A DNA stretch of 39,150 bases from an uncultured Rhizobiaceae bacterium (GCA_964477375.1 CAYZFH010000002.1:1-39150); one strand, 5' to 3'; positions 18,612 to 27,219 are shown, counted from the stretch's first letter. Program-made: numbers and translations. Notes: generated from the sequence alone by a model not told the origin.

Positions 18612-19397
18612 ATGGCATCCGCGCAAGACAACCGCTCCTCGGCCAGCCTCGACGGCAAGGTCGTCTACATCACCGGCGCCGGCGCGGGCATGGGGCGTGA
18701 GGACGCGCTTTTGGTGGGATCGCGCGGCGCGCGCGTGGCCGTGCAGGATATCGACGGCAAAACCGCCGAGGAGACGGCGGCCAAGATCGTGGGCGCGGGC
18801 GGTCAGGCCTTCGCCGTCGTCGGCGATATCGCCAAGCCCGAGGACTGCAAGCGCATGGCCGGAGAGGCCGAGGCCAAGTGGGGCCGCGTGGACGTGCTGG
18901 TCAACAACGCGGGCATCCACGAGAAGCGCGATCTGGAGGCCATGGAAGAAGCCCATTTCGACCGCATGTTCGACGTGCATGTGAAGGGCAGCTTCTTCAC
19001 GACCCAGGCGCTGGTGCCCGGCATGAAGGCGCGCAAGGCGGGCAAGATCATCAACATCGCATCGACCGCCGGCATGATTGCGACGGTGGGCGATGCCCAT
19101 TACTGCGCGGCCAAGTCCGCGTTGCTGGGTTTCACCAAGGCCTGGGCCAAGGAACTGGCACCCTGGAACATCAACGTGAACGCCATTTGCCCGGGACCGA
19201 TTGCCACGGAGCTTGCCGTGCGCAACCGCGGCTGGGAGGGCATCCGCGAGCGGGCGGAGAAGGAGATTCCGCTGCGCCGTTATGGTGATCCCATCGATGT
19301 GGCCTATGCGGTCGCCTTCCTGGCGTCGTCCGAATCCGACTTCATCACCGGCCAGTCCGTGCCCATTGCGGGCGGCTTGGCCATCGTCGGAATCTAG
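18612..19397 (+). CDS. Short-chain dehydrogenase/reductase, SDR-4 (paralog of SDR-2 and SDR-3)
   Basis: The ATG at 18612 lies within ORF 18489-19397. Motifs are LDGKVVYITGAGAGMGR, NIAS and YCAAK. Confidence 0.85.
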   Translation: MASAQDNRSSASLDGKVVYITGAGAGMGREDALLVGSRGARVAVQDIDGKTAEETAAKIVGAGGQAFAVVGDIAKPEDCKRMAGEAEAKWGRVDVLVNNAGIHEKRDLEAMEEAHFDRMFDVHVKGSFFTTQALVPGMKARKAGKIINIASTAGMIATVGDAHYCAAKSALLGFTKAWAKELAPWNINVNAICPGPIATELAVRNRGWEGIRERAEKEIPLRRYGDPIDVAYAVAFLASSESDFITGQSVPIAGGLAIVGI

Positions 19398-20638
19398 AAC
19401 CGCTCGATCCGGTAGGGCTTCACGTCGATCACGGTCGGCCGGTCGGCCATCATGTCGGCGATCAGGCGTCCGCACACAGCCCCTTGCGTCAGGCCGTAAT
19501 GGCCGCTGCCGAAGGCGTAGTACACGTTGCGGAAGCGCGGCGCGCGCGAGATCACCGGAACTGAATCCGGCATCATCGGCCGGTCGCCGCTCCACTGGGT
19601 ATAGCCCTCGGTCTGGATGCCCGGGAACACGCGCTGAGCCACTTTCAGCACCGCGTCCGCGCGGCGCCAGTCAGGCGGGGAATCGACGCCCGCGAACTCC
19701 AGCGTGCCGGCGAAGCGCAGTCCCATCGACATGGGCGTGATGGCGACCTGGTGTTCGGCCGCGACCAGGAAGCGGCGCAGTTCGAAGCCGGGATTGGGTA
19801 GGGTGACGTGATAGCCCTTGCCGGATTCTACCGGCACCTTGCTGCCCATCAGCTTCGCCAAGCGGTGCGAGAAGGCGCCGGCGGCGACGACCAGGTTCTC
19901 GACCGGGCGCACGCCGCGGTTGGTGCGCAAGCTGCGCGGACCTTCTGGTCCCATTTCGATGGCGCTGACCATCTCGCGCAGGATCGTGCCGCCGTTGCGC
20001 TGGAACGTCTCGGCCAGGGTCGTGACGATCTTGAACGGATCGGCCACATGTCGGAACTCGGGTTCGAAAATCCCGCAGGTGTATTTGTGTGGCAGGCCCG
20101 GCTCCATCTGGCGAAGCTCGGACGTGTTCAGCCGCTGGCTCTTGTAGCCGCGCTCCCACAGCATCTGCCAGATCGGCAGGTCGGCTTCCAGATTGGCCTC
20201 GTTCTCATAGACGTTGACGCAGCCCGTATGGCTGATCTCGTCCAGAAGCCGTGCGTCCTTCAGCAGCGGCTGCCAGCAGTCGTAGGCGATGTGCTGGATG
20301 GCGCCCAGCGCCTCGATGGTGTCGCCGATGCGCGACGTGGTGCCCGTGGGCAGGAAGCGCAGGAGCCAGGGGATCAGCTTCGGGAAATAGCTCGGCTTGA
20401 GCGCCAGCGGCCCCAAGGGGTCCAGAAGATAGCGCGGGATGCGCTTGAACATGCCGGGGGTGGCCACCGGAAAGGCGTGGTCCACGCCGATGCCGCCCGC
20501 GTTGCCGAAGGAACAGCCTTCGCCTGGCGGCAGCCGGTCGATGACCGTGACCTGCCGCCCCTCGCGCTGGAGGGTCAGGGCGGTTGCCATGCCGACCACG
20601 CCGGCGCCGATGATGGTGACGTGACCCGTGCCGCTCAT
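19394..20638 (-). CDS. FAD-dependent oxidoreductase of the D-amino-acid dehydrogenase (DAO/DadA) family; candidate D-hydroxyproline dehydrogenase
   Basis: 414 aa with an N-terminal dinucleotide fold, VTIIGAGVVGMATAL. It is divergent from the proline-racemase-family gene. Substrate is inferred from context only. Confidence 0.8.
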   Translation of the reverse strand: MSGTGHVTIIGAGVVGMATALTLQREGRQVTVIDRLPPGEGCSFGNAGGIGVDHAFPVATPGMFKRIPRYLLDPLGPLALKPSYFPKLIPWLLRFLPTGTTSRIGDTIEALGAIQHIAYDCWQPLLKDARLLDEISHTGCVNVYENEANLEADLPIWQMLWERGYKSQRLNTSELRQMEPGLPHKYTCGIFEPEFRHVADPFKIVTTLAETFQRNGGTILREMVSAIEMGPEGPRSLRTNRGVRPVENLVVAAGAFSHRLAKLMGSKVPVESGKGYHVTLPNPGFELRRFLVAAEHQVAITPMSMGLRFAGTLEFAGVDSPPDWRRADAVLKVAQRVFPGIQTEGYTQWSGDRPMMPDSVPVISRAPRFRNVYYAFGSGHYGLTQGAVCGRLIADMMADRPTVIDVKPYRIERF

Positions 20639-20673
20639 GACGTTCCTTTGGGCTGCGATGGGGTTGAGGGGCG

Positions 20674-20689
20674 ATCTATTGCAATAGAT
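20674..20689. promoter_or_regulatory. Perfect 16-bp palindrome ATCTATTGCAATAGAT, candidate operator
   Basis: It lies in the 110-nt divergent intergenic region between the DAO-family gene and the epimerase gene. The centre, TTGCAA, is -35-like on both strands. Confidence 0.5.
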
Positions 20690-20748
20690 AAGCCCTTGTG
20701 CAACATGCTTTTTATCCGGCCCGACCGGGCCGTGCGGGAGTGCGCGCC

Positions 20749-21747
20749 ATGTCCAGCCATACTTTTTTCTGCATCGATTCCCACACCTGCGGCTGTCCCG
20801 TTCGGGTGGTGGCGGGCGGCGCGCCGCCGTTGAAGGGCGCTTCGGCCAGCGAACGGCGCCAGCACCTCCTCAACGAATACGACTGGGTGCGCACGGGCCT
20901 CATGTTCGAGCCGCGCGGCCACGACATGATGTCGGGCAGCATCCTCTATCCGCCCACGCGGCCCGATTGCGACCTCGGCATCATCTTCATCGAAACCAGC
21001 GGTTCGTTGCCCATGTGCGGCCACGGCACCATCGGCACGGTGACGGTCGCGCTGGAGCGCGGCCTGGTGCAGCCGAAGACGCCAGGCAAGCTGCGACTCG
21101 ACACGCCGGCAGGCGTTGTCGAGGCCACCTATGTCCAGAACGGCGAGCATGTCGACACGGTGCGCATCGTCAACGTGCCGTCCTATGTCCACGCCACGGG
21201 TATCGAGGTTGATTGCCCGGAATACGGCAAACTGACCATCAACATCGCTTATGGCGGAAACTTCTACGCCATCGTCGAGCCGCAGACGAACTATCGCGGG
21301 CTCGAGCACATGACGGCCAACGACATCATCCGCCTGTCGCCGAAATTCCGCGAGCGCGTGAACGCCGCCGTCATGTGCGTGCATCCTGAGGACGAGACGA
21401 TCCGCGGCGTCGAGCACATCATGTGGACCGGCAAGCCGTCCAAAGGCGCCGACGGCAAAAGCGCCGTCTTCACTGCCGAGCGCGCCATCGACCGCAGCCC
21501 GTGCGGCACCGGCACCTCGGCGCGCATGGCGCTGCTTCACTCGCGCGGCGAATTGAAGCAGGGACAGGATTACGTCCACGAAAGCTTCATCGGCAGCCTG
21601 TTCCGCGGCCGCGTCGAAGGGCTGGCGAAAGTGGGCAACCATCCGGCCGTGATCCCCAGCATCGAAGGCTGGGCGCGCATCACCGGCTACAACACGATTT
21701 TCATCGACGACCGCGATCCCTACGCCCACGGCTTCACGCTGCCGTAG
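20749..21747 (+). CDS. Proline racemase superfamily enzyme, most likely 4-hydroxyproline 2-epimerase
   Basis: The ATG at 20749 (MSSHTFFCIDSHTCG) follows GGGAG. Both catalytic cysteine contexts are present (LPMCGHGTIG and DRSPCGTGTSA), consistent with an epimerase/racemase rather than a Cys/Thr dehydratase member. Confidence 0.8.
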   Translation: MSSHTFFCIDSHTCGCPVRVVAGGAPPLKGASASERRQHLLNEYDWVRTGLMFEPRGHDMMSGSILYPPTRPDCDLGIIFIETSGSLPMCGHGTIGTVTVALERGLVQPKTPGKLRLDTPAGVVEATYVQNGEHVDTVRIVNVPSYVHATGIEVDCPEYGKLTINIAYGGNFYAIVEPQTNYRGLEHMTANDIIRLSPKFRERVNAAVMCVHPEDETIRGVEHIMWTGKPSKGADGKSAVFTAERAIDRSPCGTGTSARMALLHSRGELKQGQDYVHESFIGSLFRGRVEGLAKVGNHPAVIPSIEGWARITGYNTIFIDDRDPYAHGFTLP

Positions 21748-21752
21748 TTTTT

Positions 21753-21857
21753 CGTCATGCCGGCCTCCGAGCCGGCATCCAGTCGCGGGACGCGCTTGGG
21801 AATCCTCTCGTCGGCCTGACGGCCTCCACTGGACCCCGGATCAAGTCCGGGGTGACG
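21753..21857. repeat. REP/MITE-like compound palindromic intergenic element
   Basis: Ends are imperfect inverted repeats: CGTCATGCCGG and CCGGGGTGACG. Internal hairpins are ATGCCGGC-N6-GCCGGCAT (21757-21778) and ACCCCGGA-N5-TCCGGGGT (21833-21853), with CCAGT/ACTGG pairing between them. Only one copy is visible in this window. Confidence 0.45.
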
Positions 21858-21864
21858 GGCTTTT

Positions 21865-22875
21865 TCAACCCGCTGTCGCGCCGCCGATCAGGTTCACGCT
21901 CAAGAGAAACTCGGAGGGGAACTCGCGCCGGATCACCGGCTCGGTTTCCATCGGTGTCGCGAGCGCCTCGGCATCCGTGCGGCGCGCGGCCACGGCGTCT
22001 TCGACCGAAACGGTCTCGAAGCGGAACGCCTGGTTCGGGCGCAACTGCGAGAGGCGTCCCACGTCGGGCGCGATGATGGTGGCGATCTTGGGATAGCCGC
22101 CGGTCGATTGCCGGTCGGCCATCAGCGCCAAGGGCTGGCCGTCGCCCGGCACCTGGATCGAGCCCATGGCGATGCCGTCCGAGATGATGTTGAAGCCGCG
22201 TGCATGAGTCAGGCGCGGGCCGTCCAGGCGGAAGGCCATGCGGTCGCTGCGCGGCGAGACCGTCCAGGGGCCTTGGCGGAAGACCTCGATCTGCTCTTCC
22301 GAGAAGTAATCGTCCTGCGGCCCCAGCACGGCGCGGATCACATCCGTGGGGCGCTGCAGCCACGGCGTTAGCAGGCGCTCCGGCGCGCCCGCCGGGGCTT
22401 TCGCAGCCGTAATGGGCAGCAGGTCGCCCGCCGCGAGCCCGCGCCCCTCGAGGCCGCCCAGGGCCGAGCGTGTATGGGTCGAAAGCGAGTTGAGGAAGGG
22501 CGTCAGGTCGATCTGCCCGGCCACGGCCAGGTAGGTCCAGGCGCCGCCAATGCCTGCCCGTACGGTGAGCTTCGAGCCCGGCGTCAGTTCGAGCCGGACC
22601 CAGCCGGGCAGCTTCACGCCGTCCAGCAGCACCTCGAAGCCGCCGCCCGCGATGGCGACGGAGAGGGGGCCGCCTTCGGCCGCGACCTCGATGCCGCCCA
22701 GCGAGATCTCGATGGCGGCGGCGCCCGCCTCGTTGCCGAGCGCCAGGTTGGCGGTCGCGTGCGCCAGCCGGTCCATGGGCCCGGCCGCGGTCACGCCATA
22801 GCGCAGATATCCGTCGCGCCCATGGTCCTGGAGCGTCACGCCCGGTCCGGCGGTGAGGATTTTGAGACCGGTCAC
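21865..22875 (-). CDS. pxpC: 5-oxoprolinase subunit C (KipA / allophanate hydrolase subunit 2 family)
   Basis: 336 aa, MTGLKILTAGPGVTLQDHGRDGYLRYGV... The GTG start overlaps the pxpB stop (GTGA). Confidence 0.85.
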   Translation of the reverse strand: MTGLKILTAGPGVTLQDHGRDGYLRYGVTAAGPMDRLAHATANLALGNEAGAAAIEISLGGIEVAAEGGPLSVAIAGGGFEVLLDGVKLPGWVRLELTPGSKLTVRAGIGGAWTYLAVAGQIDLTPFLNSLSTHTRSALGGLEGRGLAAGDLLPITAAKAPAGAPERLLTPWLQRPTDVIRAVLGPQDDYFSEEQIEVFRQGPWTVSPRSDRMAFRLDGPRLTHARGFNIISDGIAMGSIQVPGDGQPLALMADRQSTGGYPKIATIIAPDVGRLSQLRPNQAFRFETVSVEDAVAARRTDAEALATPMETEPVIRREFPSEFLLSVNLIGGATAG

Positions 22876-23591
22876 GACGCGCTCTCGGAACGCGCCACGA
22901 CTTCGCCCTTCTCGGCGCGGGCGTCCAGCGCGTCATAGGTCGCGCGGTCGATGGGCTCGAATTTGATCTGGTCGCCCGCTTCGGCCAGGAAAGCGGGGTT
23001 GCGGTTGCGCGAGAAGAAACGCTCCGGTGTACGTCCCACCAGCCACCAGCCGGTCGGCATGGAGATGGTGGTGATGATGCTCATGCCGTCCGCGATCATG
23101 ATGACCTGCGACAGGGTCGGCGGCCGCGGCGTCGTCCGGCGCGACAGCGTCAGTTCAGCCGGCGCACCGCCGAGATAACAGAAGCCGGGCGCGAAGCCGT
23201 ACATATAGGCGCGGTAGGTTGCGCCCGCGTGAAGCGCGACCACTTTTTCGACGCTCAGGTTCTTTTCCTTGGCGATGTGACCCAGATCTTCGCCGAACAC
23301 CGGGTCATAGCAGCAGGGCACGATCCAGCGCTTGCGCGCGGCGGGCGCGGGAGTCGCGTCGAGCGATTCGACGATCTTCACCAGCGACGTGCGGTCGAGC
23401 GTCAGCGGATCGTAGTGGATCATCAGCGAGCGGAAGGTCGGCACCGTCTCGCGGATGCCGCGCACCGATTTCGCCGCCAGGCTGGCGTCGAGCGCCATCA
23501 CCCGGTCGTGGATGGCCGGGTCGATGTTCAGGCCGTACTCGACGACCAGGGCCGCTTCGCCCGCATCGAGAAAGCGTGGCGCAATAGACAT
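22872..23591 (-). CDS. pxpB: 5-oxoprolinase subunit B (KipI / allophanate hydrolase subunit 1 family)
   Basis: 239 aa, of typical size, positioned between pxpA and pxpC. Confidence 0.8.
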   Translation of the reverse strand: MSIAPRFLDAGEAALVVEYGLNIDPAIHDRVMALDASLAAKSVRGIRETVPTFRSLMIHYDPLTLDRTSLVKIVESLDATPAPAARKRWIVPCCYDPVFGEDLGHIAKEKNLSVEKVVALHAGATYRAYMYGFAPGFCYLGGAPAELTLSRRTTPRPPTLSQVIMIADGMSIITTISMPTGWWLVGRTPERFFSRNRNPAFLAEAGDQIKFEPIDRATYDALDARAEKGEVVARSESAS

Positions 23592-23617
23592 GACAGACGC
23601 TCAGATGGGCGTGACGA

Positions 23618-24418
23618 TTAGGAGGCCGGGGCGAAGGCCGCGATGGCGACGCCCGCTTGCTCCAGCCGCTGACGCACCAAGCGCGCGATGCCCAGCGCAT
23701 GCGGGCTGTCGCCGTGGACGCAGATGGAATGGATCGGCGTCTTCAGCCGCGCGCCGGAGACGGTGATGATCGCACCTTCCTCGACCATGGAGACCACGCG
23801 GCTGGCCGCCGTCTCGGCGTCCTTGATGACCGCGCCGGGCTCTTTCCGCGACACCAGATGCCCGTCCTCGGTATAGCCGCGGTCGGCGAAGATTTCGGCG
23901 AAATGCTTCATGCCGAACTTCTCGGCCGCCTTCGTCTGCGCGCTGCGCGCGATGGCCAGGCATGCCAGGTTGGGATCGACGGCTTTCACGGCGCGCACGA
24001 CGGCGTCGGCCACATCCTGGTCCGTCTCCGAAATATTGCCGAGGGCGCCATGGGCCTTCACGTAGGTGAGCTTGTGGCCCGCATAGGCGGCCATGCCGAG
24101 CGCCGCGCCGACCTGATAGGCCACCATGTGTTCGATCTCGGCCGTGGTATAGGGGATGCGGCGGCGGCCGAAGCCCCACAGGTCCGGGAAGCCGGGATGG
24201 GCGCCGATGGCGACGCCGCGCTGCTTCGCGGTCTTAAACGTCTCGGCCATGATCTCGGGGTCGCCCGCATGGAAGCCGCAGGCCACGTTGGCGGAGGAGA
24301 CGATCTCCAAAAGCGCCGCGTCGTCGCCGCAGGTATAGCGGCCATAGCCTTCGCCCATGTCCGAATTCAGGTCCACGCGGCGTTGGTTGGGCCCATGGCC
24401 CTTCGCGGTGCTTGCCAT
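23618..24418 (-). CDS. pxpA: 5-oxoprolinase subunit A (LamB/YcsF family)
   Basis: 266 aa with the DLNSDMGEGYG motif typical of LamB/YcsF. Confidence 0.85.
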   Translation of the reverse strand: MASTAKGHGPNQRRVDLNSDMGEGYGRYTCGDDAALLEIVSSANVACGFHAGDPEIMAETFKTAKQRGVAIGAHPGFPDLWGFGRRRIPYTTAEIEHMVAYQVGAALGMAAYAGHKLTYVKAHGALGNISETDQDVADAVVRAVKAVDPNLACLAIARSAQTKAAEKFGMKHFAEIFADRGYTEDGHLVSRKEPGAVIKDAETAASRVVSMVEEGAIITVSGARLKTPIHSICVHGDSPHALGIARLVRQRLEQAGVAIAAFAPAS

Positions 24419-24495
24419 CTCAAATGCCTCCCTTTGCGTGGCCGCATCATAGCGGGATTCCGCGGTTTTCGGACCCCCGGGGGACTCATCCCCAG

Positions 24496-24514
24496 CTATG
24501 CGTTTCCGGTATAG
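24496..24514. promoter_or_regulatory. LysR-type T-N11-A box (CTAT-N11-ATAG)
   Basis: CTATGCGTTTCCGGTATAG lies in the pxpA / LysR divergent intergenic region, about 40 nt upstream of the LysR start. Confidence 0.4.
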
Positions 24515-24553
24515 TCTAGACCTCGGATTTCCAAAACGGGGAATGGTCCGCCC

Positions 24554-25504
24554 ATGGAGCTTCGCCAGCTTCGCACCTTCCGCTCGGTCGCCGAGCTGGG
24601 CAGCCTCTCCAAGGCCGCCGACCGGTTGCGCATCGCCCAGCCGGCGTTAAGCCGCCAGATCAAGCTGCTGGAGCACGAGCTGCGCACGCCCTTGTTCGTG
24701 CGCAACGGCCGCGGCATGGCGCTGACCGACGCGGGCAAGGTGCTGCTGGCGCGCATCGGCGGCCTCGTGCGCCAGTTGGAGCAGGTGCGTGACGACGTGG
24801 CGTCGCTGTCGGGGACGCCGTCGGGGCAGGTGGTGCTGGGCGTGGTGCCGACGGTCAGCACCGTCTTGGCTAGCCGCTTGGCCCAGGTGGTCTTGCGCGA
24901 ACGGCCCGGTATCAGTCTGCGCATCGTCGAGAGCTTCGGCGGGCATCTTCTGGAATGGCTCCACCGCGGCGAACTGGACCTGGCCGTGATCTATGGGCGC
25001 GGGCCGGATCTGCATCTGCGGACCGAGGTCCTGGCGCGCGACGAGTTGGTGGTGGTGGGTGGGCGCGGCTCGGGCCTGGCCAAGCGCAAAAGCGTGTCGA
25101 TCGAATGGCTGGCCCGCCAGCCGCTGATCCTGCCCAGCCCGCCGCACGGATTGCGCACGCTGATCGACACGGCGGCGGCCAAGCGCAAACTTTCGCTCAA
25201 CGTCCTTCTGGAAACGGATTCCTTCCGCGTTCAGATCGACGTGGTTGAGAACGGGCAGGGCTACACCGTGCTGCCGCCTTCGGCCATCGTCCGCGAGCTG
25301 CGCCACGGACGGCTGGAGGCTGCACCGATCACGGCGCCGCGCTTGCCGCGCGAACTGGTTCTGGCGTTCCCCACCGGCCGGGCGCCATCCTTGGCGACCG
25401 AATCCATCGCCGGCCTGATCCGCGCCGAGGTCGCCGCGGTGGGCAAGGACGGTCATTGGAGCGCTGTGGCGGCGCCTGCGAAAAAATCCGCGCGTGTTGG
25501 ATGA
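24554..25504 (+). CDS. LysR-family transcriptional regulator
   Basis: 316 aa with an N-terminal wHTH: MELRQLRTFRSVAELGSLSKAADRLRIAQPALSRQIKLLE. Confidence 0.9.
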   Translation: MELRQLRTFRSVAELGSLSKAADRLRIAQPALSRQIKLLEHELRTPLFVRNGRGMALTDAGKVLLARIGGLVRQLEQVRDDVASLSGTPSGQVVLGVVPTVSTVLASRLAQVVLRERPGISLRIVESFGGHLLEWLHRGELDLAVIYGRGPDLHLRTEVLARDELVVVGGRGSGLAKRKSVSIEWLARQPLILPSPPHGLRTLIDTAAAKRKLSLNVLLETDSFRVQIDVVENGQGYTVLPPSAIVRELRHGRLEAAPITAPRLPRELVLAFPTGRAPSLATESIAGLIRAEVAAVGKDGHWSAVAAPAKKSARVG

Positions 25505-25516
25505 CGGGGTGATGCC

Positions 25517-27211
25517 GTGAAGCAATATGACTACATCATCGTGGGTGGCGGCAGTGCGGGATGTGTTCTGGCCAACCGGCTTTCGGCACGTTCGTCCAAC
25601 ACGGTCTTGCTGTGCGAGGCGGGACGGGATTTGCCGCCCGACGATATTCCTGCCGACATCCTCGATGTCTATCCCGGTCTGGCCTACATCAATCCGAACT
25701 ATCTTTGGAATGCCCTGCGGGTCACCACGAAATTGCCGTCGAACGATCAGCCGGCGCCGGTCAAAAAATACGAACAGGCGCGGGTCATGGGCGGCGGCTC
25801 GTCGATCAACGGCCAGTTGGCGAATCGCGGCATGCCGTCCGACTATGATTCGTGGGAGTCGCTCGGCGTCAAAGGCTGGGCCTGGGACGATGTCCTGCCG
25901 TACTTCAAGAAATGCGAAACCGACGTCGATTTCGGTGGACCGCTTCATGGTAAGGACGGCCCGCTTCAGATCGAACGTCTTCCGCTGGAAAAACTGAGCC
26001 TGCATGCCAGGGCGTTCATGAAAGCCTTCGCCGAGGCGGGCTTCCCCGAGGTCGCGGATCAGAACGGCGATTTTGCCGATGGCTATTTCCGGTTCCCGAC
26101 GACCAACGCCAACGGCCAGCGGGTTTCCACCGCCTTTGCCTATCTGGACCGCGCGGTGCGCGCCCGGGCCAACCTTACAATTTCCGCGCTGACGAACGTC
26201 ACGGGACTTTCGATGGAGGGGACGCGTTGTGTCGGCGTGAAGGCGCTGGTCGAGGGAAAACCGGTCGAATTCCGGGCGCGGGAGGTCATTCTATCCTCCG
26301 GGGCCATTCACTCGCCCGCGCATCTCTTGCGGGCCGGCATCGGGCCTGCCGCCGGGCTCAAGGACCTGGGGATCCCAGTCACCGCGCGTCTCGACGGCGT
26401 GGGGCAGCAGCTGATGGACCATCCCGCTGTGGCGCTCGCGTGCTTCTTGAAGCCCGAGGCCCGCGTCAACGGCCGGACGCGCCGGCATCACCATCTGGGA
26501 TTGCGGCTTTCGTCCGGTCTTCCCGGCTTGCCGCAAGGCGATCTGATCGGGGTGATCACGAGCAAGTCCGCCTGGCATTCCATCGGCGATCAGCTCGGCA
26601 CCAGCATGATGATCATCAACAAGACATGCTCGGAAACCGGCACCATCCGCCTTGCCTCATCGAATTGGCGGGACGAGCCGCTGGTCGAGTTCAATCTCCT
26701 CTCGGACTATCGCGACGTCGTTCGTTTGAAAGACGGCTTCCGGCGCATGGCGGCGATCCAGGCCTCGCGCCATGTCCGGGACATTTCCGAAGAGACGTTT
26801 CCCGCGAGCTATAGCTCGCGTGTCCGCAGCTTCGGTGTCCCCAATCTCCGCAACAGGGTTTTGACGGGGATCGGAAGCCGGGTGATGGACGGCCCCGGCT
26901 TTATGCGCCGAATGTTCCTGGACCGCTTCATCAAAGAGGCGCGCGAACTCGAAGACGTGCTGAGTGACGATTCAGCGCTTGAGTCGTTCGTCAAAGACAC
27001 CGTGATCCCGGTCTGGCACGCGTCCTGTTCATGCCGGATGGGCAGCGCGCAGGACCGGATGGCGGTGACGGACGCGAACGCCAGGGTTCACGGGGTCGGC
27101 GGGCTGCGGGTCGTCGATGCGTCCATTTTCCCGACGATCCCCAGCGCCAATCTCAATCTGCCGGTCATCATGATGGCCGAGAAGATCAGCGACGCGATCC
27201 TGAAGTCTTAG
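25517..27211 (+). CDS. GMC-family FAD oxidoreductase (choline/alcohol dehydrogenase-like)
   Basis: 564 aa with a GTG start 12 nt after the LysR stop. It has YDYIIVGGGSAGCVLANRLS and a C-terminal GMC signature region, HASCSCRMG...VVDASIFP. Confidence 0.85.
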   Translation: MKQYDYIIVGGGSAGCVLANRLSARSSNTVLLCEAGRDLPPDDIPADILDVYPGLAYINPNYLWNALRVTTKLPSNDQPAPVKKYEQARVMGGGSSINGQLANRGMPSDYDSWESLGVKGWAWDDVLPYFKKCETDVDFGGPLHGKDGPLQIERLPLEKLSLHARAFMKAFAEAGFPEVADQNGDFADGYFRFPTTNANGQRVSTAFAYLDRAVRARANLTISALTNVTGLSMEGTRCVGVKALVEGKPVEFRAREVILSSGAIHSPAHLLRAGIGPAAGLKDLGIPVTARLDGVGQQLMDHPAVALACFLKPEARVNGRTRRHHHLGLRLSSGLPGLPQGDLIGVITSKSAWHSIGDQLGTSMMIINKTCSETGTIRLASSNWRDEPLVEFNLLSDYRDVVRLKDGFRRMAAIQASRHVRDISEETFPASYSSRVRSFGVPNLRNRVLTGIGSRVMDGPGFMRRMFLDRFIKEARELEDVLSDDSALESFVKDTVIPVWHASCSCRMGSAQDRMAVTDANARVHGVGGLRVVDASIFPTIPSANLNLPVIMMAEKISDAILKS

Positions 27212-27219
27212 GCCGCCGC

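Noticed and set aside
17018-19595. Minus-strand ORFs of 546 aa and 340 aa antisense to the SDR genes, and the 452-aa ORF at 24647-26005 antisense to LysR/GMC
   Set aside because: The same GC-driven shadow-ORF artefact. The sense strands have unambiguous SDR, LysR and GMC motifs.
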